Assembly: GCA_964270895.1 (NCBI GenBank)
Contig: OZ185437.1
DNA: 64,000 bases
DNA from: Podarcis filfolensis
Taxonomy: Eukaryota
Reading direction: 5' to 3' (one strand)
Shown one piece after another: positions 53,801 to 64,000 of the stretch; the stretch's first letter is position 1; every line of letters begins with the position of its first letter. The notes below the pieces were generated by a model that worked only from the letters and a program-made list of their open reading frames with translations, did no database searches and was not told the origin of the DNA. Both the position numbers and the translations under genes were made by a program.

Positions 53801-54209
53801 AGTTTGCTTATCTGGTGTGACAGTGCTCCACCTTCTGTTGACTTAGACAGGCTATGTCTACGTTCCAGGAACTGTAGGGACACCCTTGCCCCAGACCGAG
53901 GTAGACTATGAAAACCCAGGTCGTTGTTTAGGCGGGAGGCAAACACAACCCCAGCGGAATCACTCATTACAGACATGTTTCCAGAAGAACTGGACAACTG
54001 TGACATCTGGGCTGCAATTCCTTGACCTTTCTGGGCACGTATTCGCCTCACTGAAGGTGGCACCACTTTGACTTCCTCCGTCTGACAGCCGGAGTCCTTG
54101 GTGTCAGACTGCTGCATGGAAGAGTGATAGCTATCAAGCCTTCCTAGCGTGGAATAGTGGTCAGGGACGCATAATGAATGGCCACGGAAGTCGTTTTTAC
54201 CAGTGCCAA
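50838..54209 (-). CDS. NHSL1: NHSL1 large exon (3372 nt)
   Basis: Acceptor ttttaacttccaacAG|tt; donor agtg|gtaagt; VGTGKNDF...PDHYSTLGR...CQTEEVKVVPPSVRRIRAQKG...KKPPLPPSRTDSLRR...PPAPPLDPK...KPPPVSKKPKL; phases 1/1. Confidence 0.97.
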
Positions 54210-57055
54210 CTGTTGGAAGTTAAAATAAAACAATTATTATACATATCAAGATTTCACATTTAAGCTCCTGTGTTCATTAACAAAGCATGTATCAAAAAGT
54301 TGTTTCCTTGGATGTTTCAAATATGCTTCATTGTTTCAAATATAAATAAGAACCTGGGTCTGTTTACATTCAAACTAGGACTACTCTCCAGTCACGTCAC
54401 TCAGATAAAAAACAAACAAAACCCCTGATAGACAAGAATAGCTGTTATTACCTAACCAACAGGCTAAAGGCCAACTGGGAACAATCAATACTATCCTACT
54501 AGGCTGCCTGCACACTTCACTTTAAATAATAGCAGCTGCAGCTATTGTAGCACTCAGCAGACCATAATTTAAGTCACAACGTACAGGAACTTATTTATGT
54601 TACATATATATAATATATTACCTTATCCCCAGTGTGAAAAATGAAGAAAATAAAGAACAAGCAAAGCGTGTCTCAGTCCTTGTTCTTTGCAAACTATGTC
54701 TTGACTGCTGCACCTTCTATTCAAAAGCACCATGGGATTCCAGGAAATTCAAGCAATTCCACACACACTATTTTTCTATATCATTATCTACTTGAATCAT
54801 GAAATGTTTATTTTTGGGACCTTGCACTATACCACAGGAGAAAAATAAAGTGCTAACAATTGCTTTTTAAAACCACTGACCTCTTTAAAGGAATAAATTG
54901 AAATATATTTAAACACATTAAATGAAGAAATTCTAAAGGCCTGCCCAAGTTTCTAAGAACTATTTCATCTATGTATTAATACTTAGCATAGCAACATCTA
55001 CATTGTTCTTTGAGAAAGAACAAAAGGCAGGGAGAATAGTGTTGCTCACCTACTAAAGCAGAGTCTACTGCCTAATTAGACAATGGCTTCTGTCTGCGAT
55101 GCAGGTGGAGGGAGACTAAGCACAAGGCAAGGTACAGACAGAATTGCAAGAGAGTCATCTCACAGCAAATCCAACTCTCATTCTTTCAAGTTGACCAGTG
55201 ACAGGAGGAGGACTTGCAAATCTAATATTAAATTAACAAAATTATTTTCAAACTTCCTGTCTTCTGGCTGCCCCTTCCCCAATGGCAAGTGCTTGCACAT
55301 CATTCGACCATAGTTAAAGGGTTTGTCCACATTTGAGCATTATTTAGCTGTGAGTCCCCCATTCAAAGCAGTCTACACTCGCCCATATTTGAATTTTTAT
55401 GGCTGTCCCTGCCTTCTGATTTGATGATTTTATAATGCCAATTAACTACTGACAGGCACACTTCCTGTGTGGGGTTTTTTTTAATACTCCACATTTTTAA
55501 AATGTGGGTTGCTTGAAGTTTTCTGGTTTCATGTAAATCTAAGTGTTATGTCCAAAAGGGGACTAGTGGTTTGTTTTTCCCAAACAAACCATGAGCCAAA
55601 CCATGGCTTAGCTCCCAGTAGCAAAGCAACATTAGGAACGGGGAAGGTGCAAATTGACCAAGATTTTTGTCCTGTGCACCAGCATGTTATACGCTAAATC
55701 TTAACTATGGTTTAAAATGATGAAAGAACCAGGTCAGTGATATCGGCTGAAGAATGCTCTTATTCCTGCCGAAGAAAACAAGTTCTTATAGAATCATGCC
55801 CAAGTACATACAAACAGTTCACATGGAATGCTGATTTCATCATTGCCAATGATGAACTGAGAGTCAAACCATGAACCGACATTCTCTTGCTGTTGTCCAT
55901 TGCTGAAGGAGATCAGTAGTAGTGAGCTGCCTTTCAAGGAATGTTGTTTGCCACCATTATTTTTATTTTTATTATTACCTCAACAAACTTGAAAGTCACT
56001 GATTTGAATGCACTTGAGATCACTGCACTGTTAAATATATATCTGCACTGAAATTCTATTAAAATAGCATTTTCTTCTCTCCAAATTATGCTACAATGAT
56101 GTAAAAAAGAGGTGGGGGAAAGTTTGGTATCTGAAATGCTGCAGGTCCACCATTGAAAAATGCAGCCATTTTGGACTGCTTGCTTCTGAGCAGCTCTTGC
56201 GGGTTTTTTATGGCATGTCAGATAAGGAGCTCCCTTCCCAGAGCCTTTCAATTCTCTTAATTGTTGAATGCAAGTGGACTGTGAAGAGTAAGGTCATTCT
56301 TCCCCATAAAATTTAATAGCTGTTTAAGTCATATTCACTTCTTGTTTTTCTTGGCATACAGCAAAACACTGGCATCGGAGAGAATGGAGGATGGAGGGAA
56401 AGTTAAGGACAATGCCATTTATGAAACATTAACCTGCTTTCAAATAAAATCAAACCTTTACACATGTTTTTGTGCATTTTGCCTCCTTTTAAAGTTTTCC
56501 AAAAAGCATAAACTGAAGCCCTGATTCAGCGAAGTCAGTTTGGTTTTAGCTAGAACTTCAAGGCAGCTTGAATTTGACCTTTAGACTTTTTTTTCTACCA
56601 CAATGGGCTCAAGTGAGAAATTACATTATGTCCCTTCAATGCTGGCAAGCAGCTTGATAATTCTCAGAGTTTTATCAAAATGACTATAGGCACAAAGGCC
56701 AATCAAGTAAGAAAGAGAGGACTTGTAAGTTATTTATATTGATTGGCATGAGTCAATGTTAGCTGTAACTGAAAATAAACACCTTCTCTGGGTGATGTTC
56801 TAATGTCATCAGTTTCCTGAATATGATACAAATTCAGATTTTTCCAACAACAAAAGTTGTCAGTCCATAAGTTAAGTTTCAGTTACTAAATTCCAAGTTA
56901 TCATTGTAACTACTGCATAAATATGTACTTAAACTAATGTATTTATTTGTAGCATTTTTTTTCACTACTCGAAGAGACTCAAAGCACTTTAAAATATATA
57001 TTGTAGCGTAATGTTTTTCAAAAAGCATTTCTGGCATAAATGGATACTTTTAATA

Positions 57056-57307
57056 CAGTGGTACCTCGCAAGACGAAATTAATTCGTTCTGCGAGTTTTT
57101 TCGTCTTGCGAATTTTTCGTCTTGCGAAGCACGGATTCCCATAGGAATGCACTGAAAATCAAAAGGAAACAAACTTGCAAGACGTTTTCGTCTTGCGAAG
57201 CAAGCCCATAGGGAAATTTGTCTTGCAAAGCAACTCAAAAAACGAAAAACTCTTTCGTCTTGCAAGTTTTTCGTCTTACGAGGCATTCGTCTTGCGAGGT
57301 ACCACTG
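57056..57307. mobile_element. Tc1/mariner-superfamily MITE in NHSL1 intron
   Basis: Perfect 22-bp TIR cagtggtacctcgcaagacgaa / ttcgtcttgcgaggtaccactg; TA flanks; many internal ttcgtcttgc(g/a)a copies; CpGs largely intact. Confidence 0.93.
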
Positions 57308-57349
57308 TATTCTACTCATGTAGAGGTGTTGTGGGTGGGATGTGATTTC

Positions 57350-57545
57350 TGCGTCACGCAGGGGGCGTTATGCCCCCTGCCCCACTCACCCGGCTGGCGC
57401 ACCACGCCCACAGGTAAGTGCCCAACCAGGTGGCTTGTAGGGGGCGTGGTTTGCGGTTTAAGATACCGCTGCGCCAGCCATTCCGCCTCACTTTTCACCT
57501 TCTCGTCGCGAGTCGAACCACAACTGTATGTGAAATCACGAGAAC
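57350..57545. promoter_or_regulatory. Small intronic CpG-rich module: CTCF-like cores, GC boxes, splice donors on both strands
   Basis: About 20 CpGs in ~200 bp; cagggggcg (57359-67), caggtggc (57427-34), tagggggcg (57438-46); gggcgtggt on both strands; GG|gtgagt (-) and CAG|gtaagt (+). Function inferred only. Confidence 0.5.
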
Positions 57546-58889
57546 TTGTCAGGGAAATTATGATTTTCATATTGACAGATTATGAAACCGGAGATTCATC
57601 TCAAATTCTTTAAGAGAAAAATTAAATGCCAAATTATGTAAGATATTATTAATTAGGAAAGTATAATAAGATATCTATTGCTGTTTGCTAGTGTTGAAGA
57701 GCAATCCTCCTCAAGAAGTAGCCAAATTGCAAACTGCCAGTTTCCCTTCAGTTCTTGGCTGCAATACTGGGCCTTACCCTGCCCTTTAATGCTAGGGCAA
57801 GTAGCCCAAATAGTGTTGTGCTCCTTCCATGTTGAAGGATAGGAAAACACCATGGAGGATATCATTTACTTGTTTTAAATTACAGGATAAAGTCCAACAG
57901 TGCAGTCCATAATACCCTCCCAGTACCCTTTAAAACAAGGAGATAAGTTACACTAGCCAGAAAAACCCAGCACAGAGCTATGATGGTTATATTGCAGACT
58001 GTCTCTTCTGAATGTGAGTAAGCAAGCATGCAAGCACAAGAGAGGGAGCCAAGGGTGGTAGCTGCCAATATAATGGAGTTTGGGGTCAGAAAAAAGACTA
58101 CTGGGTTCTTCAAATACCAAAGGTCAGGTGGGTAGAGGTTTTAGAGGAGAAGGAGCAACCAGAGGTTTGCCTGCACTAATTTGTAGGCCAATGGAGCTCA
58201 CCTACACCAAAGCTACAGAAGGAACACAGGACATCACGGCTGGAAAAAATGTATAGGAAGTTCCTTTAAGTCCCACAACCCAATGGAACTGCCATCAAGT
58301 TGCATGCAACTGGCATGACTCCATGCCAAATGAGGGCAGAATTTCACCGGCACCATTTCACCATTGCAGACACCAATAAAACTTCTAAGACATATGATGA
58401 AAACTGTAACTTGCACTGTGCGTGGGCTTTTCTGTATGTCAAGTAATTTCTGCATAGCAATTCAGTATGTCAGCACAAGCCTTCCTAAATGTGGGTTTGT
58501 GGTGCCATGGTGTAAAATCAAAGCTTCCATGTTGGGAGATGGCCACAAATACATGGACTTCAAAACAGCCATGCCACAGCTATTTGAATATGCAAACTAA
58601 ATGCCTCAAGCAGGATTACAGGGAGCCTAGAATGTCTACTAAGCATTCAAGTGAACAAGCAGGAAGATCATTGTCTCAAGTTGGCTATGAAGAGAATAAA
58701 AGCTATCTACACCTTTGTTGTTGTTAGGAAAGGGGGAAAAATGGAAGTGACAGAATACAAACAAGGCTCTAGCCTAAAAGGGGCCTTAGCTTATGCCCAT
58801 TACATTCATGTTTGCCAAGTAGGAATGGCTGGGGATGAAAGTTATTTATGGTTAAGTTCTTTGGTTAAACAAATGACAAACCCGGAAGA

Positions 58890-59070
58890 CCTCAAATATG
58901 ATAATTGCGTAGTGAATATTTATGTTCCAAATATGGACTCTCCTATAGCATTTCACAAATGTTTGAGCCATTTGACTGATAAGACTTATGATCAGATGGT
59001 AAGTGGGGAAGTTTTTAATGAGATTCTGGAACCAATTTTAGACAGCAGTACCCCTCCTAGTAAAATCCAG
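58890..59070 (+). mobile_element. Decayed L1/Tx1 ORF2 endonuclease fragment
   Basis: VVNIYVPNMDSPIAFHKCLSHLTD...VSGEVFNEILEPILDSS aligns by eye with L1-EN NIYAPN-x(~22)-GDFN-x-(V/I)LDPxLDRS. Confidence 0.6.
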
Positions 59071-59246
59071 TCTTCAGTGAAGAATGAAGGAAATGTGAGA
59101 CTGACGTGCTCAAATTTACCGGTAATTGTAAGATATATCTTTAAGACCAAGAGAATAAAAACAACCCTAAAATTCTTATAGATTTTTACTGTCCCAGTAC
59201 ATGATTTCAGAAAATTGCAGCTTTGCATGGCATTCAGTAAATTCAG

Positions 59247-59285
59247 TTTGTTTGTTTGTTTGTTTGTTTGTTTGTTTGTTTGTTT
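59247..59285. repeat. (TTTG)9 microsatellite
   Basis: Direct reading. Confidence 0.95.
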
Positions 59286-59500
59286 AAAAAGACAGGACTT
59301 TAATTTCCAGATGGGCAAAATGATCGGTTTAAGCATACACTATTTATTCTTTCCTGGTGGTCAGGCATACATTCATTTTAACTTTTAATAGGCTATCAGA
59401 CTGTATTGACTTCATGAGCGTGGGGTAAATGTTATGAGTTTAGTCACAGTAAGCAAGATAATTATTAATTGTAATGGAATACAGTTCTGATGAGCCATAC

Positions 59501-59632
59501 CTAGCTCTCTTTGGATGTTGTCAGGGACTCCTGTAATAGTCTTTCTCCTTTTCACTTTCTTCGGCCGCCTTACCACAGTATCTGTGTAAATTAGAGACCT
59601 CCGTATGCTGGCTTGGCGGTCAAAATTCTCCC
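59501..59632 (-). CDS. NHSL1: NHSL1 132-nt symmetric coding exon; further 5' exons lie beyond the window
   Basis: tacatcAG|gg ... ctag|gtatgg; GENFDRQASIRRSLIYTDTVVRRPKKVKRRKTITGVPDNIQREL matches recalled NHS/NHSL1; phases 1/1. Confidence 0.94.
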
Positions 59633-62600
59633 CTGATGTACAGTAGAACAAGCAAAGCACCATTACTTTCAAGCACGCTGACATCATGCACTTTCTTCCA
59701 CTTGCTTATTATAGAAATGAAGAAAAGGCATTAATATATGATGTTAGCTCAGTCATACAGAGTGGATATACATAGAAGGAAAAGATACAGCATACTGTCA
59801 CTTTAAGGCTTTAAAATGGAAGGGATTGCATGCTCCTATCAAATACATTTGTCTCATCAGACCAAATCTTCATTTAATCTAAACATATCAGTGAGCCATT
59901 AATGTCAACATTGGACATTTATAGTTACATTATGTCCCAGCTTACCTTCTTATGAACTTTGAGGAATGGGGGAGAGAGAATTTATGCTCTTGTTTTTGAG
60001 AAATGTACTGAATAAGTATTTATTCATTTTCTTGTGGCTTGGCATGGCATGGCTAATGACTTCAGCGACGATCCTAAATATACTTAATTGGAGGTTTAAT
60101 TTAAATTAATGGACATGAGGCAGATATGAAGCTAATGGAAGTGGATGTAAGGTGTGGAGGTCAGTTTGGATAAGTGGGTTCCTGGAATGATGTCAGAGGT
60201 TTGAGACCTCATTGCTTATTTATTTACTTAAAAATTGTATATCACTATTCATAAAAACATCAGAACTATTACAAAGATATTTTCTGAGGGACTGTGGTTC
60301 TCTTTTTTCCACTGTTGTAAGCTGTTAATTTGGAAAATGACAAATCATTTAATATTTAAATATATTTTCTTAATTGACTGCATTAGCTCGGTAGCATGGA
60401 AAAGTTTTCAGGAGGTGTTTCAAAAGTTAAAACAGAATATGCCTGAGGAACCTCTATTGGCAGAACTGGGATGACAACACAAAAAGTTTGGTTTCTGGCT
60501 GCTGTTAAGCAGCAGGGTGGACAGACACTAAGAACATCCCTAGACTGCCTCTTTTGTTCAACACCTAACATAGGCCCTTATATGTGTGTTTTAGTTTTTT
60601 GAAACTCCCAGACTCCAAGCATAAGTAAGATGATACCTCTGCATGCAAAACTTTTTATACTGACAGTCATAAGAAATCTGGCTACTTTCCCCTGCATTTG
60701 AAACTTCAGAGGAACTGATTGCAGATTATTTATTATATGACTACGATGAAGTTTTATAATATCTGAATGTCTTAGGTATTTTTAAAATCAACAAACAATT
60801 TGAACTGAAATTTAAAGTAAGCACTGCTGTATTTTGCAGTGAACTTACGTTAGCAGTGTTGTGAACAGCCTTGGGCACATTTGGAACAGTGGGAGAAAAA
60901 CTAAAATATTAAATAACAAACACGGCTAAGTCTAGACAATGTTCTGACTTTCAGGTTAGCCAAAATTCAATGTCTGTTACCTCTGAAAATTTACTATATT
61001 TAAATACAACATTATATTGGGGGGGGGGGAGAAAGAGACAGAGAGAGACTGATGCAGATGGAAACAGCTCCATCATGCTGTGAAACCCTGACAGAGGTCC
61101 CACTGTCTCTTTTTGGTTGGTACCAAAGAGCCATGCCAAATGCCAGTAACATTTATTGAACATAAATTCTCTATATAGACTTCAGTGTCACAGAACTGCA
61201 CCCTGGCTATATTTAGTCTTTAAAGTAATTTTGGCATGTAAGCAGTATATGAATTGATAATAATAATAATCATCATCATCATCATCTATCATTGGGTGAT
61301 ACTGCATTTTCGCAATTAACTGAACCCACCTGGATGTCAACAAAATTAAAAGTTTGTGTGGTGCATGCAAAACAAGAAAGCCTTATAGTTGACCATTTGC
61401 TGTATCATATCTGGACCCAGCAGCATTTCTACAGGTTGAACAGCTTCAAACAAATTCACTTCTTTCAATGAATCAATAACCTGGCCATTTCCATTTGTTT
61501 AAAATTTATATCTTGCTTCTTCTGTCATTTGAGATGCTTTACAAATTAGTTAAAACATACAAGTGAATTTAAAATCTCATTTTATTTTCTCCCCCTTAAC
61601 AAACTGAACATTCATAATATTCTTCTCAAACCTATAAATCCTTAGGGCGGTTAAACATAGAAGTGTCTTTAGGAAAAGCTCTGTTTCACGATACTTCTTT
61701 CCGGAAAAAAGGTAGGTATTTGAATTCTTCCGAATTCTATTTTAAACATCTAGATAGCCAAGTTATTTCTCATTGAACAGTGCATTTGGTATTTGCTAGA
61801 CATTGCTGTGCGCATCATATGTGACGTCCTAGGAGTCTTGGACCAGAACGCTTCCATTAGATTGTATGGCATAAGGAAAATGACTTTTAAAAATTATACA
61901 ACAATGCACGTGGACATTTCTAGATTACAGGAACAAAGACTAGAAGAGAAATGTTCCATCCCTAGTTGCCAAATGAAAAGAACTGGTTTTCCCTGAATAA
62001 TCATATTTGGGTTTAAAGATACAATGTGCTTGTTAAGTGAAACCTTTGAAACTCTAATAGTAGATGAGGTTAGTGAGGAGAACTGGGAGTTATAAAATTA
62101 AGAGTTTCAGACCAATGGCCTGCTATTAGGCATGCCAGGGGGTTAATTATTTAATTATTACGCTGAACTGCAGCCCTCCTATGTCACACTGGAAAAGCTA
62201 CTGAAGCTCCTCTGAGTAGCTCACCATGTAGCTTAGACCCTGAGAGATAAGAACTAAGCCTTGTAGGGAAAAGGATCAAAAGCCCCATCATGCACATGGA
62301 AATAGTGGCAAAGTTGTCTATTTTGTACCAAAATCTGTATCAGCGGTGGCACAAAGTCAACTTGTACAGAAATAATTTTTTTAAGTCAGCATATTTATAG
62401 GTATTATTCTTTAGTTGGTAAGGAAGTAATATTGTTTCACATAGTAAGGATACTTTTTACCACTCTTCTGCTTCACCAGAGTTCTGACTCAGCTTGCATA
62501 TGTGATAAAAAAGTTATCCTCACCATTTAGCAGGTTGCTACAGGTAAGTGGTTTACCAAGTTTCTGCGTACATACTTTGATAAGTTACCACTTGGTAAAC

Positions 62601-64000
62601 CACTGTCTGTATTCATCCAAAATCAAATAAAACCTGTTAGGAAACTTGTGTGCAAAAACTGGTTGAAAGTTTTAGTTTTTAAAAATAAACCTGTATTTAA
62701 TTTTTGCGGTGGGTTTGTTTTTTTAAAAAACAACCTTTTCAGTAGCCTTCTCTGGCCATAATTCAATTTATGCACTTGCTTAAATTTTATCTTGTTCATC
62801 AAGGAACAGCCCAATGAAGCCAATGGTACGTAAGTCTGTGTTTCAGTAATTAGCAGAATGAAGCCCTTTATCTTTTATTTATGACTTAGATGCGCATCAG
62901 CTCCTATTATCTTCCTTTGTATCTGGGTAAGACCACACCCGACGACGCCACCTGTTCCTGGATTAACAATTAGAGCATGGTGTTCAATAGATTGGCAGCA
63001 TATGCTTTTTAAAGACTAAAACTTTGAGTCTATCCCTTCCAGAGCAAGCTCAGCTCCTGATGACCCAAGAAACTAATTCCACTCCCAAACATGGATAGCC
63101 AGTCAGCAGCTTTTCAGATTAATGCAATGCCCCAGCACCTTCAGGTTACTCGCCAGATTTACAGTACTACAATCTGTCCGACTGAAAGAGCGCTGCCAAA
63201 CGAAACCAAAGCAGGTCTCATCTGTTGTGCAGCCAAGTGAAAGGTTGTGGGCTGTGTTCATTATTAATTAATCTTTTTAAAAAGGCGCTTGATTTATTAA
63301 AAAGCACATCTAGGGTTGATATTTTATTTCAGACACATCAATATTTTATTGTGGTGAATAGCCCAATCTACTACTGCTGGTTTAGACAGCCAAAAATATT
63401 ACCTTGCCATTTCAAAAAAAGGAGAGGGGAGAAGAAAGTATACAAAATTATGATTTCTAGCGCTTACATCAATTTAAAGATATGGTTAAAATATATTTCC
63501 CCCCTTTTCCTCTCCCAACTAAGTCAATATCAAAGAGGATATTTCACTGCAAATTTTGTCATTCAAAAGGAAGTTACACTGTGTTCAATTGAGCTTACAA
63601 TGCAACCTCAGTTTCTAAAGTGTAAAGCAATATGGCTCAGCTTCAGTATATCCATTGAATTGCCCACCTTTCACCCATCTCATGTCCAACCTTTTGTTTT
63701 TACATACTTTGAGTGTTAAACAAGATTAAACAGCATACTTTTCTAAATATACTGCGCTCTTATGATTAAGCATACTGATTATTTCTCTGTCTTTTAACAT
63801 CTATGCAACTGAAAGGCAGCAACTTGGACTGGGAGGAACCCCAGCTTATTCATTTGTGTAATGAATTAAATGCACAAAACCATTTCTCTTTTAAGTTGTG
63901 GCATTCAATAATATCTTTTCATTTTGCATTTCTAATTACTTTCACGAGCTTCTTATTTATCCCAGGCAACTGTTTTATACTGAAAATCTTGCTAAAATAA

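Noticed and set aside
57392-57500. Vault/Y RNA, tRNA, hammerhead or parvoviral ITR identity for the structured module
   Set aside because: GGCTGG start resembles vault/Y RNA but lacks their conserved motifs. Minus-strand A-box-like (tggcgcagcgg) and B-box-like (ggttcgactc) motifs are in the wrong order. There is no CUGANGA/GAAA core and no GAGC Rep-binding array.
59633-64000. Search for the next upstream NHSL1 exon (…SLPLPTPEEKMRQQ…VPINIT)
   Set aside because: Not found on the minus strand; presumed beyond the window.

Overview
This is vertebrate (squamate, probably lacertid lizard) genomic DNA, not prokaryotic. It matches the conserved synteny block ARFGEF3 - SMIM28 - HEBP2 - NHSL1 as I recall it from human 6q23-24. 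It holds the last two coding exons and long 3' UTR of ARFGEF3/BIG3 (+), complete two-exon SMIM28 (+, 164 aa) and complete four-coding-exon HEBP2/SOUL (+, 189 aa) behind a CpG island. It also holds the last four coding exons of NHSL1 (-), whose 5' part lies beyond the window. Exon boundaries were read by hand from GT/AG sites, and all phases join in frame. Non-coding DNA is rich in squamate transposons: Sauria SINEs, a BovB LINE end with target-site duplication (TSD), L2/CR1/L1 remnants, several hAT MITEs with 8-bp TSDs and Tc1/mariner-superfamily MITEs with TA TSDs. There is a 153-N assembly gap. Most short ORFs in the track are spurious. I found no evidence of a new multi-gene system, and no CRISPR, rRNA or true tRNA genes. 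The most unusual unexplained element is a ~200-bp CpG-rich, self-complementary module in an NHSL1 intron (57350-57570). It carries CTCF-like cores and strong splice donors on both strands, one of which is in phase with the large NHSL1 exon. Gene and repeat names come from recalled sequence similarity, not from a database search.
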